This document shows, in pieces, positions 49,321 to 59,658 of a stretch of 64,000 nt of DNA. Every line of letters starts with the position of its first letter. Positions within the stretch are counted from its first letter, which is position 1. This DNA comes from an uncultured bacterium (GTDB lineage Bacteria; Fidelibacterota; Marinisomatia; Marinisomatales; UBA1611). The stretch spans positions 96,001 to 160,000 of the forward strand of contig CBFIBM010000001.1 of the NCBI GenBank assembly GCA_965660855.1, written 5' to 3'. A program made the position numbers and the translations under genes. The notes below the pieces were generated by a model. The model ran no database searches. It was not told the origin of the DNA and was given only the letters and a program-made list of their open reading frames with translations.

Positions 49321-50763
49321 ATGAACAAATTCTTAAATTCAATCATTTTCTCATTTATAGTATTTTTTATCAGTTGCGAAAAAAGTATCATAGATCCAGA
49401 CGGTTTGTCTGATGCTGAAATCATCGAAATGATCATAGAATCAAAAAAAATTGAAATCACGATTGAAGAGATGCCTGATAATTCTCAAAATCTTTTAAAT
49501 CAAGAATATACGGATTACATGAAGATGTCTTCAAAGAAAGCTAGTGATTTAGGATACGAAGTTGATTTAGCAGGGTTGGGACATCGATCTGGGCAGCGAA
49601 ATGAGGTATATTTTAATCTCCAAGGTAGAAAACTAGATCCAAATAATTGGGGTAAGAAAAGACGTTGGGGAAATGATGGAACTTACAATAATGATAAAGA
49701 TGATTGGGAGTGTTTTGAGCTTGTTTTTCCAATAACATACGAAATGCCAGATGGTACAACCATAGTGGTATTAAATGATGATGAAAGTGGATGGTCATTG
49801 ATAAAAAGTTGGTATGATTCTAATCCAGAATCTGAACAAAAACCTGAAATGCAGTTCCCTATAATTATATTTTTGGAGGAAGAGCCAATTACATTAGAAA
49901 ACAATCAGGATCTTCGATCTGCCTATTTTGAGTGTAACAATAATCGTCCTAATAAAGGCAAAAAAAATAGAGGCACCTGTTTTGAATTAGTATTTCCAAT
50001 AAGTTATACAATGCCTAATGGTGCAAGTATTACTATAAACAATAATGATGAAGATGGTTGGATGGAATTAAAAAATTGGTATGAAAATAATCCTGATTAC
50101 GAAGATCAAATGCCAGAATTACAATACCCAGTTGATATATTATACGAAAATGAGGAGTCAACAATCACTATTTATAATGAAGAAGAAATGTATGAAGTAA
50201 AAGTTAGTTGTCGTAATGAATGGGAAGAGGGATATAAAGAAGAATGTTTTGATCTAGTTTTTCCATTGACATTTACAATGCCAGATGAAACAACAATATT
50301 GATAGAAAATGATGAAGATTATATGAATATTAGAAACTGGTATCTTGAAAATCCCGATGTTGAAGAAAAACCATTAATGATATACCCTGTAAGCATTTCT
50401 TATTATACTGATGAAGAAAATTCTATTGTAATTGTTGAATCTGAAGAAGATATGTTCCATAGAAAATCACAGTGTTGGGATAGTGATTATGAACATGAAG
50501 AAGATGGAATTGAGGACTGTTATACCTTTGTTTATCCCATTTCTTTTCTAATGCCTGACGGATCTAATATTTCCGTGGATAACGATGAGGAACAAGGTTG
50601 GGATGAATTAAGTATTTGGTACGAATCAAACCCTGAAAATCAAGGAGAACCTATTTTAACCTACCCTATCGATATTGTTATTCAAAATCAAGATGGAATA
50701 AATCAATTAACTATATATAATGATGATGAGTTAGAATCTGCTGAAGAAAATTGTCAAGAATAA
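49321..50763 (+). CDS. Acidic lipoprotein with four ~85-aa internal repeats
   Basis: Lipobox FISC; four copies of CF.LVFPI...MP.G...WY..NP...P...[FY]P. Confidence 0.75.
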   Translation: MNKFLNSIIFSFIVFFISCEKSIIDPDGLSDAEIIEMIIESKKIEITIEEMPDNSQNLLNQEYTDYMKMSSKKASDLGYEVDLAGLGHRSGQRNEVYFNLQGRKLDPNNWGKKRRWGNDGTYNNDKDDWECFELVFPITYEMPDGTTIVVLNDDESGWSLIKSWYDSNPESEQKPEMQFPIIIFLEEEPITLENNQDLRSAYFECNNNRPNKGKKNRGTCFELVFPISYTMPNGASITINNNDEDGWMELKNWYENNPDYEDQMPELQYPVDILYENEESTITIYNEEEMYEVKVSCRNEWEEGYKEECFDLVFPLTFTMPDETTILIENDEDYMNIRNWYLENPDVEEKPLMIYPVSISYYTDEENSIVIVESEEDMFHRKSQCWDSDYEHEEDGIEDCYTFVYPISFLMPDGSNISVDNDEEQGWDELSIWYESNPENQGEPILTYPIDIVIQNQDGINQLTIYNDDELESAEENCQE

Positions 50764-50789
50764 ACATAGTTAAAATTATTAATTATTAA

Positions 50790-50819
50790 GAACTCTACAA
50801 TTGTGGGGTTCAGTTTTTT
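50790..50819 (+). terminator. Probable intrinsic terminator
   Basis: GAACTCTAC-AATT-GTGGGGTTC followed by a T-run. Confidence 0.6.
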
Positions 50820-50865
50820 AAATTGTAATACAAGAATTGAATAAATTCTTTAATTAAATTAAAAG

Positions 50866-52206
50866 TTGTTTTTGAAAATAAATCTTATTATCACTTCAAT
50901 AGTTCTTTTCCATAGCTCAGTATTTTCACAAAGGGTAGTAGGTTATTATCCTCATTGGGTTCTAAGTCAATTCCAACCGGAAGAAATCGAACTTGATATT
51001 GTTACTCATGTCATTCATTCTTTTGCATGGGCAAATGAAGATGGAAGTATTTCATCTTACGATGGTATGTTTGGTAATAATATGGCTGATATAGTTCACT
51101 CTGGTGATTCTAAATTTCTTTTAAGTATCGGTGGTTGGGGAAATCATGAGGGATTTGAAACCATTATTAATCATGAGGATTTGCGAGAGCTCTTCATTTA
51201 CAACCTCACTTCAATATTACTTCTAAATGATTATGACGGTGTAGATTTGGATTGGGAATTTCCTAATTCTAACGATGATAAAAATAATTTAAATTTACTT
51301 GTTTCTGAAATGGATTCTATATTTAATAGTATCAATCCAGATTGGTTGATCACAATGGCTATCCCAGTATCAAATTGGTGGGGACAATGGCATGATTTTA
51401 ACTTTTTAAATAACCATATTGATTTTTACAATGCTATGACATATGGTACTCATGGAAATTGGTCAAGCCATGTTGGTCACCTATCACCGCTCTATTCTTC
51501 TCCGCCAAATGATCCAGATGGCTCGTGTCATTTAAATATGAATTATTTGACAAATCAAAGAGGTATTCCTAGGGAGATGATAAATATGGGTATCCCATTT
51601 TGGGGGGCGATTTGGAATGCCTCAAATATAAATGAATCTTTTGCTGGTGAAATTTCAGATATTTTGTATTTCGACATACCAGATCTAATCAATAATGGTT
51701 GGAATTACAATTGGGATACCAATGCAATGTGTCCCTATTTAATTAAGGAGGATTCGACCCAAGTAATTACTTATGAAAATCAACAATCAGTAGCAATGAA
51801 ATGCGAATATGTTTTAAATAATGAAATTGGTGGAGTTATGATATGGGCATTATCATATGATAATACAGAATCTGGACAAGAGTTATTATCTTCAATTAAT
51901 GAAAACTACTTATCAAGCATTAATGGAAAAAAAAATCTTAACCCAGCTGAGATTTCAATAAATACTCATCCAAATCCATTTAACCCAGTTTGCCATATTA
52001 ATTTTTATTTAAATGCTAGTACTTTTCTAGAAATAGTAGTATTTGATATAGCGGGACGAAAAATTACATTGCTTAATAATAAGCTTTTTGAAGCAGGTTC
52101 ACATGTCATGGAATGGGATGCAAGAGAGTTTTCGAGTGGTATATATTTTATTTCATTTAAGAGTAGCAACAGAATACTAAATAAAAAAATAATGCTACTT
52201 AAATAA
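50866..52206 (+). CDS. GH18 chitinase-like glycoside hydrolase with T9SS-type C-terminal domain
   Basis: VVGYY, SIGGW, catalytic DGVDLDWEFP, GGVMIWAL and a PNPFNP tail. Confidence 0.9.
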   Translation: MFLKINLIITSIVLFHSSVFSQRVVGYYPHWVLSQFQPEEIELDIVTHVIHSFAWANEDGSISSYDGMFGNNMADIVHSGDSKFLLSIGGWGNHEGFETIINHEDLRELFIYNLTSILLLNDYDGVDLDWEFPNSNDDKNNLNLLVSEMDSIFNSINPDWLITMAIPVSNWWGQWHDFNFLNNHIDFYNAMTYGTHGNWSSHVGHLSPLYSSPPNDPDGSCHLNMNYLTNQRGIPREMINMGIPFWGAIWNASNINESFAGEISDILYFDIPDLINNGWNYNWDTNAMCPYLIKEDSTQVITYENQQSVAMKCEYVLNNEIGGVMIWALSYDNTESGQELLSSINENYLSSINGKKNLNPAEISINTHPNPFNPVCHINFYLNASTFLEIVVFDIAGRKITLLNNKLFEAGSHVMEWDAREFSSGIYFISFKSSNRILNKKIMLLK

Positions 52207-52247
52207 AATAATAATCTAAAGATCTAAACAAAATAAGAAGGGAAAAA

Positions 52248-52799
52248 ATGATTGAAAAAATTATAAATAGAGTTTCACACAAAAATTTAAGTGGTCCAAT
52301 ACCATCAAAGGAAGAGATGGACAAAATTTATCAAGCAGCCTTGAGAGCTCCTGATCATGCTTTATTGAAACCTTCAAAGTTTATCGAGGTATCTGGGAAG
52401 GGTTTGGATAAATTATCAAATATATTTAAAAAATATGTACTCGAAAATGGTACCGAAAGTGAAAAAAGAAAAATTGAAAAATACGCAAATGCTCCTTTCA
52501 GAGCACCATTGGTAATTATTTTAGTCTCAGAGGTTAAGTTCCATCCTAAGGTTCCAGAAATAGAACAATTTTTATCTACAGCAGCAGCAGCACAAAATAT
52601 ATTGCTTGCAATTGATAGTTTTGGTTATGGTGCGATATGGCGTACAGGAATCTTTGCATTAAATGAAAAATTAAATAAATATTTTAGCTTAAAATCAAAT
52701 CAGAAGATCCTTGGATATATTTATGCTGGTACGGTTGTTGGAGAAAAAAAAGATATACCAGTTCTTGATCACAATGAATTTTTAACAAGATGGTATTAG
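52248..52799 (+). CDS. Nitroreductase (YdjA-like)
   Basis: A.RAPDH..LKP, RAP.VI, AA.QN.LLA and G.IWRTG motifs. Confidence 0.9.
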   Translation: MIEKIINRVSHKNLSGPIPSKEEMDKIYQAALRAPDHALLKPSKFIEVSGKGLDKLSNIFKKYVLENGTESEKRKIEKYANAPFRAPLVIILVSEVKFHPKVPEIEQFLSTAAAAQNILLAIDSFGYGAIWRTGIFALNEKLNKYFSLKSNQKILGYIYAGTVVGEKKDIPVLDHNEFLTRWY

Positions 52800-52919
52800 A
52801 ATATCACGAATTTTTGAATTCAAAATATTGAGCCCGTTAATTAACTTTTGTTAATGCAATAATGTTTGAATATAGTTTATTTTTCTATGTATTATTAGTA
52901 ATAACTACATGGATAATCT

Positions 52920-54428
52920 ATGAAATACTATCTTTTATTCTTTATTATAATTTTTAACTGTTCGTTTTCAGATACTTGTTCAGATGCTTATACTGCATTT
53001 TATACATATGGTGAATTCGACCTTGAAGAATATATTTTTGGTGAAGACAATTGCTGTGATCAACATCCAATACCGCTTTGCGGTGATGATCGTATTTACT
53101 TTGAAAAACCTGATTATGCGGACTTTACGAATTCCATGTATTGGGATGTAATATCTGATTCTGTGGCAATAACCAGAGGTGATGTAAGACCCTTATACAA
53201 TCCTCTGTTGCAGCAGGAGTATCAATATGGGGTTTCAGGAGCACCAGAGAATATAATCTGGCATTACGGTCCAACTTATGGAGCCGCTGGATCTACAGCT
53301 ATCGACGTGGAGATACCATATGCTTCATCATCAATGGCTCTGGGTGGTATTTATAGTTATACAACAATTTCGATTCAATCTTTGACAGATGGGAAATCTT
53401 ATGATTTGTATGTAACAAATTGGACACAAGGTAATAATCCTGGAACTTGGCCTGGGAACGGCGGTGGAAATGGAACTGGTAATGGGGGTGGTGTTTCATA
53501 TTTTCGATCTGGAGCTGTAGATGCGTCTCCTGTTATTCAGAGTATTACGGATGTTCCAAATGATCAGGGGAACAGAGTTTATTTAAATTTTAGAAGATCA
53601 ATGATAGATAATATATATCACCCCATTGGAATTGACAGTTATACCATACAACGTTTCGATTCACCTAACTGGGTGAACTTAGGGTCTATTAATGCAAATG
53701 GTAATTCCAGTTATATTTTTGAAGCAACAACGCTTGCTGATTCTACATCTGAGAATAACGCATTGAGTGCATTTAGGGTGTATGCAACAAATTACGTCAC
53801 AAATTATAATTTAGAATCGATAACAGAATATGGATATTCAATTGATAATTTGGCACCCAGCTCTCCAACTAATTTTTATGCGGTTGTAAATAATAGTCAA
53901 ATTGAACTTAGTTGGAATCATATTCAAAGTAACGATTTAGATCATTACATTATTGAAAGAAGTATGGAGGAATCTTTTGTTAGTTTTGAAGAATTTGAGA
54001 CAACTCAAAACTTTTATAATGATAATGAACTAAATACTCTTCAAACTTATTTTTATCGAGTATTAGCTGTGGACCATGCGGGGAATCTTAGTGATTATAC
54101 CGAAACTATAGAGGTCACAAGTCTTCTTAATGATTTTGACCAAATCCCTTCAAAAGTTACTTTACATAATAATTTTCCAAACCCATTCAACCCAAAAACT
54201 TCTTTCACTTATGATCTGCCACAATCAGGTCTGGTAAAAATTAATATCTCCAACCTATCTGGTAGTCATGTAAAAACTTTAATTAATGGAAATAAAGATG
54301 TTGGTAAACATACAATTGAATGGGATAGTAAAGATGACCATGGGAATACAGTTCCAGCTGGTATTTATTTTTATACATTAACTACTAATAATTATACAAA
54401 AACTAATAAAATGATATTACTTAAGTAA
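52920..54428 (+). CDS. Secreted multidomain protein (unknown N-domain, FN3, T9SS-type tail)
   Basis: Signal peptide, DVPNDQG..V motif, FN3 (L.W, Y.YRV.AVD.AGN.S) and an NFPNPFNP tail. Confidence 0.8.
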   Translation: MKYYLLFFIIIFNCSFSDTCSDAYTAFYTYGEFDLEEYIFGEDNCCDQHPIPLCGDDRIYFEKPDYADFTNSMYWDVISDSVAITRGDVRPLYNPLLQQEYQYGVSGAPENIIWHYGPTYGAAGSTAIDVEIPYASSSMALGGIYSYTTISIQSLTDGKSYDLYVTNWTQGNNPGTWPGNGGGNGTGNGGGVSYFRSGAVDASPVIQSITDVPNDQGNRVYLNFRRSMIDNIYHPIGIDSYTIQRFDSPNWVNLGSINANGNSSYIFEATTLADSTSENNALSAFRVYATNYVTNYNLESITEYGYSIDNLAPSSPTNFYAVVNNSQIELSWNHIQSNDLDHYIIERSMEESFVSFEEFETTQNFYNDNELNTLQTYFYRVLAVDHAGNLSDYTETIEVTSLLNDFDQIPSKVTLHNNFPNPFNPKTSFTYDLPQSGLVKINISNLSGSHVKTLINGNKDVGKHTIEWDSKDDHGNTVPAGIYFYTLTTNNYTKTNKMILLK

Positions 54429-54445
54429 TATTGACGTAATTATTC

Positions 54446-55189
54446 ATGAATTTTTTTTTATCATTTTTTTTATTTTTTATTTCAAATTTTAATAAATGTT
54501 TTGCGGATCCTATTACCTTTACGAAAGAAGCATATGCAGACTGGACGCTACCTGAAAATCAAGATAGAATAACTGAAGGTGTCTGGATCACGAGAAAGGA
54601 TAATCAGGGCCTTTTTAATATCTTTGTTGAGGAGAACTACTCAGGTCAGTCTCCTTTAAATACACTTTGGGCCCCGATGAAGACAATGGATGCTTCTCAA
54701 GAAGATTTTACATCATGGGTAGTAATGCATAATTCTGATCCTCAATCTACAATCGATGATACTGTTTCCTTACATATCCCTGAAGTAGGATTATATTTTG
54801 ATTTAGTACTAATCTCTTTTTCAGGCGGAAATAGTGGAGGTGGTTTTTCATATGCAAGAGAACAGATTTATCCTCAACACCTAACGAATGATGACAATTT
54901 TGATATACAACAATCATTTAGTTTAAAACAAAATTATCCTAACCCCTTTAATCCCTCTACAACATTAAATTATAATATAGAAAAGGACAGTTTTGTTAAA
55001 GTTGTCATTCATGATTTAAATGGAATTAAAGTTAGAACCCTTGTAAATGAATTTCAAACCTCTGGAAATAAAAATATTGTTTGGGATGGAACAGATATAG
55101 ATGGTAATGCTGTTTCTACTGGCATTTATTTTTACTCTTTAACTAATGGTGCTAGAGTTAAAACAAAAAAAATGTCTTTTGTTAAGTAA
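54446..55189 (+). CDS. Secreted protein with T9SS-type C-terminal domain
   Basis: Signal peptide, FTK..YADWTLPENQDRIT domain and a NYPNPFNP tail. Confidence 0.8.
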   Translation: MNFFLSFFLFFISNFNKCFADPITFTKEAYADWTLPENQDRITEGVWITRKDNQGLFNIFVEENYSGQSPLNTLWAPMKTMDASQEDFTSWVVMHNSDPQSTIDDTVSLHIPEVGLYFDLVLISFSGGNSGGGFSYAREQIYPQHLTNDDNFDIQQSFSLKQNYPNPFNPSTTLNYNIEKDSFVKVVIHDLNGIKVRTLVNEFQTSGNKNIVWDGTDIDGNAVSTGIYFYSLTNGARVKTKKMSFVK

Positions 55190-56057
55190 TCGATTTTTAA
55201 CATTCCTTAAATTTAAATTAAACAAACAATATTTATTTTATACTGCTTTTTTAATATTACTTTTAAATCAGTCTATATTATCAGCAAATATTAATGATGA
55301 TTATAAACTGGTATGGAGTGATGAATTTAATTATGAAGGAATTATCAATCCTCAAAAGTGGTTCCATCAAACCATCATACCAAATGGTAAAAGTTGGTTT
55401 AATAATGAAATCCAACATTATACAAATAGAATTGATAATTCATATGTAAGCAATGGTTCTTTAAAAATTATCGTAAAGAAAGAAGCGTTCTATGACCAAA
55501 ATCAGCTAAAGTATTTTACATCAGCTAGAATTAATTCAAAATTTTCTTTTACCTATGGTAGAATCGAAATAAGAGCTAAATTACCAGTAGGAGTTGGAAT
55601 ATGGCCTGCAATCTGGATGCTGGGCCAAAATATTGATGAGAAAGGTGCTTATTGGGAAACAAAAGGATATGCTGAAAAATCATGGCCAGATTGTGGTGAA
55701 ATAGATATATTAGAACATTGGGGACATAATGAGAATTATGTTCAAAGTGCATTGCATACACCCTCGAGCTTTGGAGATACAAAAAATTTAGGTGGAAGAT
55801 ATCTATCAGATGTTCAAAATAAGTATAATACATATAGTCTTGATTGGTCAGTTGATTTCATGACTTTCAGTGTAAATGACACAATACACTATAAATATGC
55901 TCCTAAACAAAAAAATGATAAAACCTGGCCTTTCAATGAAAACCAATACCTAATATTAAATGTTGCTGTTGAACCTACAGTATCTTTGGATTTTATTAGT
56001 GATGAAATGGAAATTGATTACGTGAGAATATATCAATTCGAAAAAAATAAAGAGTAA
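55146..56057 (+). CDS. GH16 beta-glucanase (laminarinase-like)
   Basis: LVWSDEF, TSAR, G.WPAIWMLG, catalytic GEIDILE and IDYVR.YQ; exact start uncertain. Confidence 0.92.
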   Translation: MVLELKQKKCLLLSNRFLTFLKFKLNKQYLFYTAFLILLLNQSILSANINDDYKLVWSDEFNYEGIINPQKWFHQTIIPNGKSWFNNEIQHYTNRIDNSYVSNGSLKIIVKKEAFYDQNQLKYFTSARINSKFSFTYGRIEIRAKLPVGVGIWPAIWMLGQNIDEKGAYWETKGYAEKSWPDCGEIDILEHWGHNENYVQSALHTPSSFGDTKNLGGRYLSDVQNKYNTYSLDWSVDFMTFSVNDTIHYKYAPKQKNDKTWPFNENQYLILNVAVEPTVSLDFISDEMEIDYVRIYQFEKNKE

Positions 56058-56557
56058 TGGAAAATGAAAAAAGTATATTAATTGTCGCGACATCAAAAGA
56101 AAATAATTATCGATTAGCTGTTAAAATTGGATTCTTATTAAATGAAAATTATAATTTGATATCTTTGGAAGATTATAAGTTACCCTTATATACATCTAAA
56201 GAGAAAAATATTGATAATGTCATTGTTCAAAGCCTTATTCATAAGTTTGCAAAGGCAAAAGGAATCATCTTTTGTGTACCCGAATATAATTATAACATTC
56301 CGCCAATTTTATCCAATGCTATTACTTGGATATCAGTTGAAGCTGAAAACTTTAGGGATGCATTTAATGAAAAGATAATTTTATTAGCAACGCATAGTGG
56401 TGGTACCGCAAGTAGCTTATTAACCATATTAAGAAATCAGCTTTCTCATTTAGGGGCATTTGTCCATCCTCGAACTATTACAGTTCATCGTAATTTGCCA
56501 TTCGACCCAGAAAAAGCAAAAAAGATCTTGGTGAGTTTTCAATTATTTTTAAAGTAA
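56057..56557 (+). CDS. NADPH-dependent FMN reductase family protein
   Basis: LPLY, PEYN..IPP.L.NAI.W and HSGG motifs. Confidence 0.85.
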   Translation: MENEKSILIVATSKENNYRLAVKIGFLLNENYNLISLEDYKLPLYTSKEKNIDNVIVQSLIHKFAKAKGIIFCVPEYNYNIPPILSNAITWISVEAENFRDAFNEKIILLATHSGGTASSLLTILRNQLSHLGAFVHPRTITVHRNLPFDPEKAKKILVSFQLFLK

Positions 56558-56593
56558 TACTTTATATCATTAACTATAAATCATATTATAATT

Positions 56594-57109
56594 ATGTTTA
56601 AAAATAAACTAATTATCGTTATGGGTTTATTTTATTTTTCATGCGAAGATAATAACCTTAAAAAAGGTTGTACTGATTGCTCAGCTATAAATTATGATAG
56701 TACAGCAATTCTAAATGATGATAATTGTATTTTTTCAAATAATAATATTATTTCAAATTATACTGTAAAAGACTCTATAATGGGTCCTTTTTTAGAATGG
56801 TATTTTGATGACTATGCAATTGAAATAATAAGAGATTCTTGTTCCTCAAATGGAATTTTAATTAAGAATTATGGTAACATTAACAATTCTGATGGAGCAT
56901 TAGTAATCCAAGGTATTGTATCTGAAGACTCTATCTATATTGCACCTCAAATTATCGATACAGGTAAAGATATTTATTCAACTGACTATATAGAAATCTT
57001 TGAGAATACTGGGGAATTTAGAAATGATTCAATTTTTATTAACTTAGGTTATATGAATCGATACGATCCTTATATTGGAAAATTATACGGAATTAAAATT
57101 AATAATTAA
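56594..57109 (+). CDS. Hypothetical lipoprotein
   Basis: Lipobox YFSC and a GCTD..A.NYD..A..ND..C motif. Confidence 0.7.
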   Translation: MFKNKLIIVMGLFYFSCEDNNLKKGCTDCSAINYDSTAILNDDNCIFSNNNIISNYTVKDSIMGPFLEWYFDDYAIEIIRDSCSSNGILIKNYGNINNSDGALVIQGIVSEDSIYIAPQIIDTGKDIYSTDYIEIFENTGEFRNDSIFINLGYMNRYDPYIGKLYGIKINN

Positions 57110-57188
57110 ATTTAGCCTGGTATTTTGCTTGAAAAGTCAATGCAAGGCTTATGCATTTACTTTAATAATTATGTAAATTTATTATAAC

Positions 57189-59498
57189 ATGTCAGAACCT
57201 ATACACAAACTTGCAGTAATAGTTTTTACCGATATTGTTGGATTTACTAAACTCACTGCAGAGGATCAACAGAAAGCAAGTGACTTACTAGATACCCAAA
57301 GAAATGAATTTGGCCCTTTAGTAAAGTCTTATCAAGGCAAGTGGGTAAAAGAAATGGGTGATGGTCTTATCCTCACTTTTGATACTGTTCAAAAAGCGGT
57401 GCATTGTTGTATCAAAATACAAGAGAAAGCAAAAGAAATTGATGATTTAAACCTTAGAATTGGCATACATCTTGGTGAAATACTTGAGAAAGAAAATGAT
57501 ATTATTGGTGATGATGTTAATATTACTGCAAGAATAGAACCTTTCTCGGCAACTGGTGGAATCGCAATATCCAATAAAATTAATGATGCCTTAATTAGAG
57601 AATCTAAATACAAGACAAAATACTTAGGTAAACCAAAACTTAAAGGTGTAGGTCAAACAGTTGAAGTATATTGCATTATTTCACATGGTTTACCAGAAAC
57701 AAATCTTTCCCAAGTCTCTGCAAAATTAGAGAAAGAAAATAAATTTCTGGTTCCTGCGGTATCATCATTATTGGTCCTCATAATTGGGGTTTATTATCTC
57801 TTTTTTATGAAGCCAGATATTGCATCTATTGCTGTTCTGTATATGAAGGTTTCAGGTGGAGAAGATCTTAACTATATTGAAGCGATAACAGAAGATTTAA
57901 TTTTCGATTTATCCAGCTCAACAAACGGTATGCTAAAAGTATCTGAACCTGCATCTGTTAAAAAATATAAAAATAATGAATTAGAATTTAAAGAACTTGG
58001 TCAAAAGCTTGATGTTAAATTCATTTTCCAAAGTAGCATACAACCTGATGGTGATGGCTTCAATCTACGTTGCAGATTAGTTGAAGCAAAGACTGGCGAG
58101 GATAGATTTATCAATAAGTGGTTCATTGAAAGTCAAAATTTACAATCTATTGTTGGCGTTCTTGCTGAAAATATAATAGATGAGTTAGAAGTAGATAAAA
58201 AGTCAGATATGGTTGCCCAACAATATGATCCAGAAGCCTATGAATTGTATTTGAAGTCTAAAACGTTATTTGCAACAAGTAAAAATACTGAAGATACCGA
58301 AAATTCTATTAATATGATGTTAGAGGCAACTCGTATTGATAATAATCTTATTGGAGCAAAATTATTTCTTGGTCTGATGTATGAAGAAACAAGAGATTAT
58401 GACAATGCAAATAAACTTTACAGCAGAGCTTTATCTCAGAGTAAAACGGTGGGAGACAATGCTATTATTGCAGAAGCATTAAGAAAACAAGGGAAACTTT
58501 TTAGAAAAGAGAAAGATTTTGATGGAGCAATCAAAAAGTTCAATGAATCATTATCAATAGCTAAAGTGATGAATGATAAAAATGCTATGGCTAAAACTTT
58601 AAATAGTATTGCAATTCTTTATTATAGGACAGACAGAAAAGAAGAAGCTCTACAGAATTGGCTAGAGGCCTTTCGTATCGCTGAAGAATTTGATGATAAA
58701 TTAAAAACCTCTAAATATTTAAATAATTTAGGTATTTGGTATGAAGCGGATGCTAGTTTTAGTAGATCTATTGAATATTATAATAAAAGTCTTGTTATTA
58801 AAGAAGAATTAGCTGATAATCGAAATATTGGTAAAACATTGCATAATCTCGGAAAAGTTTATTTTGAAATGGGAGATTATGAAAATGCAATTGACCACTA
58901 TAACAGAAGCATTAATATAAAAAATAAATTGAATGATTTAGTAGGACTAAATAAATCAATTGTTAGTAAAGCAAAATCTTACTTTTTCACTAGTGATTAC
59001 GAAAGTGCTTATAAAGAAATTAAAGAAGCAATAAAATTATCCAAAGATTTGAAGCGTGATAAATTAAAAGTAGAAAAAGAAAGATATCTTGGTATGACAT
59101 ACTTTTTTCAGGCAGAATATGATAGTTCAATATACTATTTGGATAAAGTTGAACAAGTATATGGAAAGATACCAGTTAAAGCTGCAACAGTAATGCCATT
59201 TATTGCTTCAGCATACTTTCAAAAAGGTGAAACTGAAAAAGCAAAATTAGAGCTCAATGAATTTTATTCAATTATCAAAGAAAATGATTTAAAAAATAGT
59301 GATATAGTGTTAGTTAATTGGCATGCATATAAAATATTTGATCAGATTGGTGAAAATAAAAAAGCAAAGCAATGTCTAGAAGATGCTTATTTTGAAATAA
59401 AATCAAAATCAAAAGAAATTAAAGATAAAGATGATAGAAAGCTTTTTATGAACACAGCTATGAATAAGAGCATTTTGGATAAATGGGAAAATTCTTAG
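57189..59498 (+). CDS. Class III adenylate cyclase with TM helix, TolB-N-like region and TPR repeats
   Basis: FTDIVGFT, VKEMGDG, RIGIH.G and DI.GD.VN.TARIE motifs; SIAVL after the TM helix; many TPRs. Confidence 0.88.
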   Translation: MSEPIHKLAVIVFTDIVGFTKLTAEDQQKASDLLDTQRNEFGPLVKSYQGKWVKEMGDGLILTFDTVQKAVHCCIKIQEKAKEIDDLNLRIGIHLGEILEKENDIIGDDVNITARIEPFSATGGIAISNKINDALIRESKYKTKYLGKPKLKGVGQTVEVYCIISHGLPETNLSQVSAKLEKENKFLVPAVSSLLVLIIGVYYLFFMKPDIASIAVLYMKVSGGEDLNYIEAITEDLIFDLSSSTNGMLKVSEPASVKKYKNNELEFKELGQKLDVKFIFQSSIQPDGDGFNLRCRLVEAKTGEDRFINKWFIESQNLQSIVGVLAENIIDELEVDKKSDMVAQQYDPEAYELYLKSKTLFATSKNTEDTENSINMMLEATRIDNNLIGAKLFLGLMYEETRDYDNANKLYSRALSQSKTVGDNAIIAEALRKQGKLFRKEKDFDGAIKKFNESLSIAKVMNDKNAMAKTLNSIAILYYRTDRKEEALQNWLEAFRIAEEFDDKLKTSKYLNNLGIWYEADASFSRSIEYYNKSLVIKEELADNRNIGKTLHNLGKVYFEMGDYENAIDHYNRSINIKNKLNDLVGLNKSIVSKAKSYFFTSDYESAYKEIKEAIKLSKDLKRDKLKVEKERYLGMTYFFQAEYDSSIYYLDKVEQVYGKIPVKAATVMPFIASAYFQKGETEKAKLELNEFYSIIKENDLKNSDIVLVNWHAYKIFDQIGENKKAKQCLEDAYFEIKSKSKEIKDKDDRKLFMNTAMNKSILDKWENS

Positions 59499-59658
59499 AA
59501 ATATCTTTTATTTGTAAATTAATTTTTTTATATGAAATATAATTTTAACCATTTATTATTGAATAGTTTAAAATCGTAAATATTAATTAACTTAATGTTA
59601 AATAATGTAATATTTTTATTAGTGATTTTTAAAATAATCCAAGATTGAGGAAAAAAAA

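Noticed and set aside
57189..59498. Cyclase as the PycC partner of the Pycsar-like effector
   Set aside because: It lies about 30 kb away, has ATP-specifying residues and has a TM-TPR architecture unlike PycC.
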